Shown: positions 32,400-45,129 of the stretch, one piece after another
How the letters are laid out: each line of letters begins with the position of its first letter
Numbering within the stretch: the first letter of the stretch is position 1
Source of the DNA: the human T2T-CHM13v2.0 reference genome, Homo sapiens
Direction: 5' to 3' (one strand)
Length of the DNA stretch: 64,000 nt
Assembly (NCBI RefSeq): GCF_009914755.1
Contig: NC_060926.1
The notes under the pieces: generated by a model
What the model was told of the DNA's origin: nothing
What the model saw: only the letters and a program-made list of their open reading frames with translations
Databases searched by the model: none
Made by a program: the position numbers and the translations under genes

Positions 32400-33749
32400 A
32401 TGTAAATCTTCAGCTGTAAATACTAAGGTTAAGAAAGGTATTTTAGCTTATGCAGAATCATCAAGCAAGTTGGTGACCTAAATGAGAATTCAGCCTGAGC
32501 TCCAACAAGATTGCCTTTCATTGCATGAATTTAACCTAACTACAAAGTTTTTCTTGTGCTTATTTTATAATGCTTTCCTTCGTTATTTCCTAACAATATT
32601 CGAAATGTTACATGAGAAATTATTGTGAGTACTTTGGTCAAAAAATGTTACAAATAATCAAATGATTTAGGTTACATTCCAGCAAATATTTTAAAAAGTG
32701 ATATTACTATTGCCCTCATCAAGGTGCTTTGTTTTGTTGCTGGCTGTAAGATAAACACTGTATTTATCAACAATTTATCAAGGTCATCTAAGAAAAACTT
32801 TTTCATGGCTTGATAATAATTACAAAGAAAGGAGAAGAAACAGCAGTGCACAGAAATGCAGCATCTAAAACAATTACTGCTACTCCTTGGGTATTCCAGA
32901 ATTTAGGTCTCAGAATATTCTCTGATCATCACCCACCTACCAAGATATAGGTCAAATGATTCCTTTTAATATACCCCTTTCAATATATGCTAGAATATAA
33001 TTTCATAGTTTTAGGATATTTAATTTGCTTCTCATTTGGAATATTAGTTACAGAAAATAATTTTCTCCTGGCCTTTTCCATCCTTCTTCAAGGGCTCCAT
33101 AGATCTATTAATTTACCATCAAAGTGTTTGGAAGATTTGATAGAAGTCCCTCAGACATCAATTTAACAAAACAAAATGGGTCAAGCAATAACAATATGTG
33201 ATAAAATATTAGCAATATTTTCTAGTTCGTTCAAGATCTTCAAGTATTAAATATTTTGGTATTCTCTGAAAAATGCTTTTATTTTATTTAAATCTTTTAT
33301 TTTATTGGAATTTTTCTCTGTTACTATTATATTTAACCTGTGCATCTTTGGATACTCTCCTCTGCGATTACTGTGGAGGCTGGGGAGTGGCAAATGGTGA
33401 AGAAAAATTATACTTATCAACCACTCCACTGCTGGCAATTTGTGCTAGCCTTTATCCATGAAGGGCTGCTTCCTGAATATAATTCCAAGAAACTGATCCT
33501 GTATCTATAAAGATAAACTATTTCACATCATTTTAAAAATTTAGGCTAAAAAGAAATATTAAATATTTTTCAAAGTACAGGTTTTATTATGAGGCAAACA
33601 TTTTAGTAGTATTCTCTTTTTAACCATGTGGGCATATAATAAAACAAATTGAAAATTTATTTACGGAAAATTGAAAATACATTTATTATTTATTGAAAAA
33701 AGTATGTATTGAAAATTGAAAATACATTTATTACAATGCAGCAAAAGAA

Positions 33750-33972
33750 AAATACATGTATAATGTGATTATATATGAATACGTAAAATATGTACTCAAT
33801 ATATAATCATTATATGTTAAAAATATATATGTAATCACATTATACATGTATGCATTATACATGTATATGTATACATTATACATGTATGCATTATACATGT
33901 ATATGTATATGTATACGTATACATATACATGTGTATATATATACACACACACACACAAATCATATATATGCA
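33750..33972. repeat. (TA)/(CA)-rich simple repeat with a roughly 36-bp internal tandem duplication
   Basis: CATTATACATGTATGCATTATACATGTATATGT occurs twice within 33837-33906. Confidence 0.9.
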
Positions 33973-34479
33973 TTCTAGATCCAATTCTTGATATGGCTAA
34001 AGATGTTAAGACTTTGTATACAAATAGTTGATTTCACTGTAACACTTCAGTAAATATATATTTTTAAATATTCCATATGGATTAGAAACATAATCTCTGA
34101 TACTGTAAAATGATGTCTTCTGTGTCTTTGGGAATCACTTTTCTAGCTCTTTAAATTTTTGTTTTCTTATTGTATATAATAGAGGAGAAATGAAAATGTG
34201 CCAAATAAATGTACAAAAGAGAAATCTTCATAATATTACTATTTATCATTGACTGTGTTATACCAAAATTATAACCAATTAGTTAATTTTGTATACCAAT
34301 ATCCAATGTTTGCCATGAAATAAACATAGCGTGTTATATACAACCAGATTGCGAAAAACACATTTCTTTTTTTTTTGTTTTATTATGCATATGAGTAAAA
34401 GAGATTTGAGTTACATGAAAATCTAATCTCTCATTTCCTGGGAGAAAAACACCAGTATCCTTAGAACTAAGAATATTAT

Positions 34480-34860
34480 GGTGAACAATTTAGACAATAT
34501 CTTTTCTCTAATGTTTCTTACATTCTTACGTCAGGTGGTGATGAGGGCTGTGGATCATAAAGAAATAACTGATTATATTAATGAGATAATCCAAATAATG
34601 ATAAAGAGCTATGAAGAAAATAAAATGAGATAATTGCAGAAAATCAGTGGTTGGTGATGGTAGTATTATAAAACTTGAGATATTGTGGGCCAGAAGGTTT
34701 TATTGAGGAGGTAAGATTTGACATAAAATGAATAATGAGAAGTTAAATGTGCCAATGTTTTGTGGAAGAGCATTATAGACAGAGAAGTAAGGTAAAAAAT
34801 TCCTGAAACAGGAACAAAGTAAGATTAGGAAGAAGATTGAAATGACTGGAAAATAATTAT
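34480..34860 (-). mobile_element. L2 fragment
   Basis: GATAAAGAGCTATGAAGAAAATAAAA..TTGAGGAGGTAAGATTTGA..GGAAGAGCATT..GACAGAGAA. Confidence 0.65.
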
Positions 34861-35099
34861 TAAGAGAAAGAGGAGGAGTATTGAGCCCAATAGAAATCAA
34901 ACTTTTTGTGCAGTCTGAAGCTCACCTGAACTCACCTCCAGCTGCACCCCAGACCTTGACAATTATTAGCACACAGAGAGTTTGAAGGCAAGAACAAGTC
35001 CCCTGACCAAGATAAAGCTTAAATGGAACATTTTTTACAATGCTTCTACAGCTGTAGCATACTCTAGTTCTGTAACACAATCATTTGAACTCAGAAGCC

Positions 35100-36530
35100 T
35101 GAAGAAGCAAAGCTAAACCCGAATAATAAATATTGTCACAGGAAGAAAGATGATAAATAAAAGTGTAAAAGAAAGAATATAAATTATGAAACAAGTATAT
35201 AAAGGCATTTCATATTTGGGTCATTTTAGAATTGGGTATAAAAACAAACAAATAAGCAAAGAGTAAATGGGCCGTAAAAAAGAAGAGAAAACAATTTCTC
35301 AAAAGTTGGAAATTAATGCCAAAGTTGACTAGGAATAACAGTAGCCCCTGAGACGTCATAGAATGTCAGGAAATCCACTAAACATCCTAAATAATGTGAA
35401 ATGAAGATGTATGATGATTTATTTACAGTAAAGGGAAAGTTAACCTCCATCACATTTAGTCACAATATAACAACTATTGCTATAATTCATAATAAAGTAG
35501 GAAGAATAATATCTCAATAGTTGCTAAAAAATCTATATTGCAAATTCAGTACTCATTTCTAATAAAATTTTAGGATAAAACGTTAATAAGTCAAAGCATT
35601 ATTTATGTCAAACAAATACCTAATCTCATGCTTGACAGTGAAACTATGCATGGATTTTCATAGTTGGAAAAAATCAGTGGCTCCGTAAGGACACCATTTT
35701 TTAACATCATTTAAAACCAGTGCCAACCCAATTTGTGAAAAAATTCAAGGAAGAGATACAGAAGAAAAAATAAAGCAAATTACCATTATTTGTAGCTGAT
35801 ACCACTATATTCCTAAAAGCCTGCCCAAAATAATCTGGTAATCAATGAAAATAAAATCAGAGTTTGACATAATAGCTAGTCTCTAAATAATATGTGTAAT
35901 CAATGACCTTTTATATATCAAATAATAAGCAGCTCAGTACATCTGTAGAAATTGACATGCTTAATTATAACACAAAAGAAAACACTTATGAACAAAATTT
36001 ACAACAAATGCATGGAAACCATATAAGAACAATAGTAGTAAGAATTCTACTAAGAAAATAAAAGGATATTTGACTGCATGAGGAGTCACACCTTCTCTGA
36101 ATTGAGAGGACTCAGTACTATAAAGATACCATTTCACTATACATTAGCCAATAAATATGTTGATTCCAATGAAAACGTCAAGCATGTTTTTTTTTTTTTT
36201 TTGGAAATTTTACAAATTTATTCTAAAATTTGTCAATTTGTGGACATAACCAGGATATTTTTAAAGAGTAATATGAATTCATAATTGGAGGTGAGGTAAT
36301 TTTGGAGGATAATTATTGTATCAGAGAAAAACATGAACTGCAAAGCCACAATCATCAAAGCAAAGTGATTCTAGTACACATTAGGTGCAACACAAGACAA
36401 TGAATACAGAAAATACTGTAGCATATTCAGCTATTTACCAGAATTTACTATAGGATAAAAGCATAATTTCAAATTAGTCCACAAGTATTGATTATTTTAT
36501 ATAAGTAGAGACAATGGACATCTGATAAAA
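35100..36530 (+). mobile_element. Ancient L1M/L1ME ORF2 relic
   Basis: Degenerate ORF2 motifs ATCTCAATAGTTGCTAAAAAA, CATTATTTGTAGCTGAT, TCTAAAATT; A-rich strand. Confidence 0.6.
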
Positions 36531-37467
36531 TCAGTCAAATGATAAATTACATTGTAATAAGTATAACTGTGGCAGGTTAAAAAGAAGTAGTATATGTGTT
36601 TGGACATGGAGAAACTGTGAAAACATAAACTGTAAGATTTAGTAGGCTCGGAGAAAAGTATTTTCTATTTTGATGTAAGCTTTTTTGGCCCTTTTTATTG
36701 TACATTTTAATATTTCCACACTGTATAACAATAAAACACAAAAACATCATTACATATACAGCTGGTCACTTATATCCATGATTATAACTTATAAGTTTTC
36801 CTATGTTACATCAGTCTCTATATTGCTAAAGACATGAAAATCATGCAAACTCTTTCAAAATGAGCTGATCCTGAGAGCTCTCCAATCCTCTTATCTTGAC
36901 TGTTAGTGGCTATCACAAATACAAAAAAAAAAAAAAAAAGGAAGTTCATAATTCTAACTTCCTGGCAATCTTCTTATATCTGGGAAATGTATATATCAGG
37001 GTTATGATCAATTCTGTATGACATCCATCCTGTCTTTCACTAGCAATGACATTCTTTTAAAGAAATTTGATTATACAATTTCCCTTCCACGTTGATTTCC
37101 ATCAACAATCTCTCAGAGGTGAATGAAATAAAAACCGAAAGTTCTGTGTAAATTATTAAATGGGCTTTGCACATTGCACCTCAAATTTATCTTTACTTAA
37201 AGATGCATGTACATTCATTTCAAAGAAAGTCAAATTGTTTCAAAGAAACTCAAATTTGGCTCAAAGATTATGAAAGAAATAATACATAATTTAATTAAAT
37301 TCAGTAAAAATCCCCATGAGTGTTTAATAAAAGCAATGTGCCAAAATAGATGAAATGTAGTTGAAATAGTTGTTTTCAAAAACAACAAAAAGATGCACTT
37401 AAGACTTTCTTATTGCAGTTGACAAATAATGCTATAAAGGGATCACATTTTCCTATATGAAAAATTC

Positions 37468-37653
37468 ACACACCGGGGCCTATCGGGGGTGGTGGGCTAG
37501 GGGAGGGATAGCATTAGGTGAAATAGATAATGTAAATGACAGGTTGATGGGTGCAGCAAACCACCATGGCACGTGTATACCTATGTAGCAAACCTGCAAG
37601 TTCTGCAAGTGTATTCGAGAACTGAAAGCATAATATAAAAAAGAAAAAATAAA
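37468..37653 (+). mobile_element. Short L1PA8-like 3' end with TSD
   Basis: GGGCTAGGGGAGGGATAGCATTAGG..GCAAACCACCATGGCACGTG. TSD GAAAAATTC at 37459-37467 and 37654-37662. Confidence 0.9.
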
Positions 37654-38679
37654 GAAAAATTCTGGGGCTATGATGGAGTAATATCAGATTAATATTTTAA
37701 AAATTATGTTATATAAGTACAAACATATAAAATATAATGATTCTTTTGATATCTGGGTTTTACTAACATTTCTTTGTATCTTCTTTTATGTTGAGCCATA
37801 CTCCTTTGTCTACTAGAATACTTTGTCTACCTAAAGTATTTATATATATTCATATACATATAATATGAATATATGAAATATATATTTGAATAATAATAAA
37901 TATGCTTAAATATACTTTGCCTCTGTGATCCCATTATTATTTAGTTGATTTTTCTTTTTCATACCGCATTGTTTTGTCATTACATGAACACAGCATCAAA
38001 TTATATTTTAAAAAATACACACACATACACACATACAGGTAAAGATAACCATATAAAAATCCTGAAATTAATGATAATTCTGAAGTTTTAACTGACAATG
38101 CAAAATATTGTACTACGGAATCAGTTCTTAAATCCACTTGTAAAATGATGATACTTTCTTCATACCTGAGAAATATTGTTTCTGAATAAATTAGACTCAA
38201 ATTTGCTGGCTTGAAATTAATCATTATAGTCCAACGACTATGAAGGAGTTAACTACAGACTGGACTGTGAGTCTGTAAGATGTCCCTCAGGGCCAAGAAT
38301 TCACATTCATTTCACAGGATTATTTCAAGTGGAAAAATTTCTTAGTTATTGTTAGATGCCTCTGAATAGAGAGTCCTAACTCTAAAACTCCTGCTGCAAT
38401 GATTACAATTCTTCTTAGGTTATTTCTAAACCTGCTTGTGTATGTGATCATGTTCTACCAGTTACCTTTACATTTAAGTAAATATGAAATATAACCCTGT
38501 GGAAGCTGTCATAGTTGAATTTCATCATCATCACACAACTGTTTGTACTTTAAAATGTTCAAACTGTGAAGGATTTTGGAAGCAGATGGTTGAAGAAGAT
38601 AGGATAGAAGGACTTTTCAGGTTTCTCATTCTTAAAATGTCACACCATAACATTGTATCAAAATCATATCCATTCCCCT

Positions 38680-38795
38680 AAAATGGCAGATAAGAAAATT
38701 TAGGCTGAGAAAAGAACATGTACTTGTTTAAGGTAACTGCAGTAGTGGCAGAGTTGAGGGTAGGACCCAATTTTTCCTGGCTCCGAATTTTACTA
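38680..38795 (-). mobile_element. MIR fragment
   Basis: CAGATAAGAAAATTTAGGCTGAGA..ACTTG..AAGGT..AGTGGCAGAG..ACCCA. Confidence 0.6.
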
Positions 38796-39584
38796 TTCCT
38801 TGCTGCATGAATGCCTTCTTGCATATTACAATCTGTTTTTAAAGCGCATCTTTTATGGGTTTATAACTCCTGTTGACAGCTTATGAGTGTTTCAGTTCCT
38901 AAGGCACTTGCCTTTTTGACTGCTTCTCCAAATGGAGACTAAGAGATAGGTCAAACTGGCATGTCACACAGCTAATCATGCAACAGGAGAAGTCGACAGA
39001 AGAATAAGAACGTTTCCCTCCCTTCTCAGGTATGTGGAATAATATAGTCTCAGAATCCATACAGAAGATGAGCAGGGCATTAGCATTGCTCTGCCAAATT
39101 TACAAATTCTACAAGGCTCCAGAGGTGCATAGAACTTTCAAGACAAAGACATAATTATTTTAAAATAAGGGAAATGAATTTGGTTTATAAAAAACATTTA
39201 GCGGTACAACGTGATAACTTCTACCTTGATATGAAGCTGCCAAAATAATCACAAAACACAATAACCATCTAGGATTTGTATCTCAAAACTTTTAAATCCC
39301 AGTCATTTTATTCAAACTGGAATATTTACTAAGTAAATATACATAATACTAGCAAAATAGGCTTTCACAGAAAGTGTCAAAAGAGTAATGTTTCTGAGTG
39401 ATGTGAAAGTATTTGTTTTAGAGAGAGAGTAATTTGAAAATGCTTGTTTCACCCTCAAACAGAATTTTTTAAAAGTTAAAGTTGATTCATGACAGCAGCT
39501 TGGGAAGAACTGAGAAACTCATTCTCAACAACCAGGTAGCTCCACCAGCCATATCTGCAGAATAATAAAAGAAATTCCTGCTCA

Positions 39585-40036
39585 TTCATTAAAAATGAAT
39601 ATTCTTGACACCTGTTAAAGAATGGTAAGGCAGAGTTTATTCAAGGGGTGCTACTACAACGCGGTTTGGTAGTAGAAGAGAGAGATTTGGTTCAACACCA
39701 AATAAAACAAAGTCAAGTGGAGATTTATATCCTAGTGGGGGTCAGTGGATGGAAAATTACTAAGAAGCAGCATCACGGGTAAGGAGGATTCTGGTTAAAC
39801 AGACTTGACAGCATAATTGCTGAAGGCAATATGAAGACTGGGTGATAAGATTGAGGGTGGGGGCATAAGGAATTTGATTATGTATCAAAGATTGAGGAGT
39901 TCTGCTACACTGACTGGGTAAGATTCTTGCTAAAACTGGGCTAAGCAGATATGAACTTGGAAGCCCAAGAGTCAGGGCCTACTTGAAAAAAGTTCAGAGG
40001 AGCCTGACTAGGATAGGATCAATAGAGTTTTAACCC
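39585..40036 (-). mobile_element. MER31-family ERV1 solo LTR
   Basis: GGGGGTCAGTGGATGGAAAATTACTAAGA, GATTCTTGCTAAAACTGGGCTAAGCAG, CAGAGGAGCCTGACTA. Confidence 0.82.
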
Positions 40037-40721
40037 CCTTAAGGTTCCTGTATAGCCAGGATTTAGTAGTAGTAAATTCGAACACATATTTATAGTTTCC
40101 TTGATACACTTGATTAATAATTTGCTTCGAGCCATTACATAAAGAACTGGAGTACCCTGTAGTCATAATAACTGATGACATATCATTAAGTGGTCTGTGA
40201 AGTGTGAATAGTGATAACCAAAAAAGGATAAACGAATTACATAGAATTGTTGATGAAAGCCAAACCTAGGACAGAATCTGGATGGGGACATTTCAATTAG
40301 GTGGTTGAGACAAAGGTCTTCATCAATTTGAAAAGGAGGAGAAATTGGAAACAAATCCTCAATCTCATTTTATCTATAGCTACCCATTATTTAAGACAAT
40401 TATATAAATAAGTATAATACATATCATTATATAAAAATGCACATACTTTGATCAATAATTTTCATAAGTAGCATATCCATAGGGCATGCTAAATCATTCT
40501 CAATTGCTATTATATTTTAGCAAGTAAGTTCTAAGTAGAATTAATTTCATCAGATGTTTTGCAAAAGTCCTTGAACAATTGTACATGCAATTGTATTTAC
40601 ATTTAAAAATGTGGTTGCTGAAGCAGGTAAACCAGGTAAACTGGATTTGTTACTAAATAGTGCTTTTGAAAAGGCAGTTTGCACACCAGCTTCCATTGTA
40701 ACTTGAAAGAAATCTTGGCTG

Positions 40722-41220
40722 TTGTACTGAAAGGTATCCAGATAAGAAAAAAAAACACTCTAGCTATTTGAAACAGAGAATTTGATGCAAGGAATTGATT
40801 ATATGTTTGATATAAGAGATAAAGAACCAGTGAATCAACCTAAAGAATAGTAAACAGCAGGAACCAGGGCTGGGAGAAACTGAGAAAAATGATGTTACTA
40901 GAACCTGAAAGCCAGGGTCATTCTATAGGATCTGGAATCAAGGTGGAGGTTGCCATTTGGCTGTCATGAGCATGGAAAGGGAAACTGTCTGGCAGGAGCT
41001 GGAGCCACTGAAGAGACCTAGACACTTATGACATCAGTAGCAGAGCAGGAAAGATATATTTTGGTTTCTCTCCATTTCCTCCCTGTGCCTGCAACTTGCT
41101 AAACCTAACTCTGAGTCAGTTGGCAAAGGAGTCTGCATAAATGTAGTTCTTTGAGATACAAAGCAGAGTAAGTGAAAGACCGAGAATAGATGTGAGAGCA
41201 ATAGGCAAATGACTGGCTCA
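40722..41220 (-). mobile_element. Ancient MaLR/ERVL LTR (MLT1M/N/O-like)
   Basis: CACTCTAGCTATTTGAAACAGAGAATTT..CTAAACCTAACT..GGCAAAGGAGTCTG..AAATGTAGTT. Confidence 0.5.
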
Positions 41221-44200
41221 GTGGTTGCAAACTTAAAAGGGATATGTCAAAAATATCTCCAATGTTGCATTTATTGATTCTGTTTCATCAATAATGGATT
41301 GAATTCCATCTTGCACTCACAGATATTAATAAACAATTGTATCCTTCTATCCTAACACTGTGAATTTAAAATCCCCAGAAACTGTCTGATGACTGATAGC
41401 TTTTAAGCATCATATATTTTCAAGATTTTTTTCCTTATAGAAATTATCTACAGGCAGACTACATGTGTAGTTATAGGTTGACCTGTTTATCTCATATGGA
41501 TTGGTTTGCAGGTATTTTAAAACTTTTCTTTATTGTATTTTTGGATTTAAGTTAAACCACACTGAAAAAATGATAATTGTCAGATTGTTCATAGGCAATG
41601 GAAATAGAGTCCCAGCTTTCAAGGAATTTAGTGGAGAACTAGGCTTGTTTTTAAATGCTGACACACATTTTGACAGGTATTATTAATAAATAAGGTCATA
41701 CAAATTGGAGTCAAAGCAGTATGATAAAGTGAAACTGCAAAATACTTCAACAGAGGAGGTGATGATTGACTTGAGACTTCAGGAGTGAAGAAAGTAGAAA
41801 TCATATTTAGTTTCAAAGACGTGGTAATGTGATTTTCATTTAGCATTTTATAGTTTATTTATTTTTATTATATCTCTACTACCCGAATAGTTAATGCTTG
41901 TTGAATAACAAAATAATACATATATTAAAAAAGAACAAAGTAATCCTGCTAATTAGAAACAGATATTAAGAGATAAGATAAATGCATACTGTTTCAGCTT
42001 TTTATGCATATATCATTTGCTTGTAGCAAAAAATAGAATAATTTGTACAAAAAATAAATTGTGCATTTTGTATTGTGTTTTCTTCAAGTAAAAATATATT
42101 ATGAATTTATGTATCTGGCAATACATACAGCTCTATGCTTCTTAAATTATAATGATTGCAAAATTTTTCAAAGCATACTTTCTAAAATCAATCTTATTTT
42201 GTTAGATATTTTGGTCATTTCTAAATAGTCAGTATTCTAGCAATTATATAATAAATTCCCATATGCTTTTGAAAGTATATAATTGACTACATCAGGATAA
42301 ACTTCTAGAAGGATCAAAAATACATACTTATATTAATGTATTTTATATGCCTTGCTTGAAGAAAATCTTCCCAAATTATAGAGAGGTATAAAGTAATTTA
42401 AAAGTTAGGTAAGCAGGTAATTTTTTAATTATAAACATCAAAATTAGGCATGATGGCATATTAATATTTTTTCTCACAAAAATAATTTGCAGATTTTTAA
42501 AGCAAATGTTATCAATCAAATTTTATTTTCAAAAGGGATATCTGTTTGCAAAACCAAACAGTGATTTTACAAGCATAACAGTGTTTAAAATACTGCACTA
42601 TTCATGATTCTTTATGCCCCGTTAAGCAATGCTCAACACTTAATTACAAAAGCTTTGTGCTGTATATTTAAATAAAAGGTTTCTAAGACTTCCTGCAGTA
42701 GCTTATGTAAAAGGAATTGTCAGGTATTTCACATTTTGGTGAGAAGTCATTAAAAGATTAAACAAGTTGACATGAGATTGTGGACAGGAATCAAGAACAT
42801 CTAACTAAACAGTTCTGTTCTAATGACAGGCCTGGTGTATCAGTGGTTTAGAGAATTTTCGAAACCTACATTTTCCTCTACAATCCTGTCCCTTTCCCTC
42901 TTTCTTGTATCTTTCCCTTCCATTCTTCTTCCTTCTTCCCTTTCTGCTTGTCTCTTGCCTTATTTGTTCTTTTTCTTAAAACTTTAATTCATGTTATTTT
43001 TAAGTAGAGAATAAAATTAGAATAGCCCATAATCTCACCATCCAGCTAATCTAAATAATTAGTTTTCAATAAAATGAACACAATCATCTACCTAGAATGT
43101 CAAACAGTACAAAATGAAGCAAAATGACAAGAAAATGTTTCCCTCTCATTCCCCAGACCCTAATTTTAATTCTCAAACTTATTCACCATCAACTTTTTCT
43201 TTTTCATCTTTAGAACTAACATAGGCATGTACTTTTTGCATCTTTCTAGTACAGCATATAAGTAAAAAGTGTATCTTTATTCCTATATTTACCTGTAGGT
43301 GAATATACAAATCTATTTTTTAAAACCCAGTACAAATCATACAATGTGCACTCTTCTCAGCTTTAAAGGACATGTGTAATAAAAACAGATAGATCTACAC
43401 AGTCTTTTTAACATGCCAAGCTATTCTGCTGTTTGGATATATTCCACAATTTATTAAACTGTACCAAGGGATATTTAGGGATCAATTCTGATATACCCAA
43501 CATTTTATTGCGAGCAGCTTTAGTCTACTTGAGAAAATAATGACAAAATATAGAGCAGTAAATGATGGGTGGAAAATAAAAATTATGAGTGCTTTGAGTG
43601 TAAGGTTGTTTTGTTAAGATAAGATCTGGACAAGATTCTCATTGCTATACTTTCGCTTCAGAATCTGATGAATAATTTTGTTAGTAAAACTTAGATCTCT
43701 AAATAATCCTAATAAAAATTAAATCTTCAGCGAGTCTACAAACTTGTCAAATGTCTGACTGAGACAAAACATGACAATTGTTGTTTTGTAGAACACTGAA
43801 TCTCCTAAGGCATAACAGGACTCACTCCGTGGTATTAATCAGTGTTTGTCTCCAAATCAAGAAAGTTAACTTCTCTCAGTAGGGACATTTTAGCAAGTAG
43901 GTAGATAGACTTGAAAGTATGCTCTGAAGCACATAGATATATTAACTATTTTGATCTGGTGTGTTAGATTCTGTTTTAGTAGTTGCCTAGGTAAAGTTCT
44001 TACCTTACCCTCCTGTGTTACAATATTGAAATTTAAAAGAAATCGAGGTTAGCGATAGTGCAGCTCTATCTTTTCTAGCACCCCAAGTACCCTACGGTAT
44101 ATGTTCTTAAAGACCAATTTGCTATTTCTTGGCATTAAAAAATACAGCAAAACAGCATCCCCAATCATATTACTTGTTCTGTTATGAATTCTGTTTGCTA

Positions 44201-45129
44201 TTCCACTATTGCATTCAATATGTGCATTTACATTTAAGTTAACATCTAGAGTTGGATAAGATGATTTGGAACATTTTACATTTAGTGCTAAAGAGGAGAC
44301 ATTTGATATTTATTCGCACTCCACTCACCACCGGCAATTTCCAGATCTAAAATCACATTACATTCTGTTTCACATATAGTGGCATTTCTTAAGTGTCCTG
44401 CCATCATACTTTACTATTATTAAACCGATAACATTGGGTTATAATCTCAAATCCAGAAGGGGGAATCTAAAGAAAAAAATGGCTAAAGAGTTTAAAATAT
44501 AGATGTAAATTAAATTATAGCAAACGTTTTAAAATAATTCTTCTATAGTATTTTAAAATTTAGAAATAACAATATGACCCTCAATATATGCTCAGCCAAG
44601 ATCAATGCCTTAATAAAAATGCCACCAGCGCATTAAATAAAATATCACTTATTTTCATGACTGTATGTATATGTCTAAGGTCCCTATAGTAGATTAGACA
44701 AAATTGACTAAGACACTTTTGCTGCATGTTTGTAGAACTAACAGAAGGGTTTGAACACATTTTAAGTGTTCAGGCCTCCCAAATAAGGTTATATATACTA
44801 AGAAATAAATTTATTATCTTAAGACTGACTGCAAAAAAATGATATGTGAGGAAATAACACTGTTGTTAGAAATTCATTGTACATAAAATTAAATCAGGAG
44901 AGGAAAAAAAGGAGAAACAAACAAAATGCAGCTATTCTGACTTAATAGCAAAAGCAAACTAGAGAGACTAAAAAATAACCACTGTAGTTATCAGGTAATC
45001 ATTAGAATTTTCCAAGCATTAAGTCTGCATATCATATGAAGTTGTTTGCTTTAGAATCCAATATTGCTTAATATTGTTCTATATTTTAATTAGTACTATT
45101 TATTTTGAATGGTGCTCAAGTAAATTCCC

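Noticed and set aside
33731-34031. Tyr/Met-rich ORFs
   Set aside because: Translations of a (TA/CA) simple repeat.
44750-44778. Small hairpin TGAACAC-N7-GTGTTCA
   Set aside because: A 7-bp stem is expected by chance in 64 kb.
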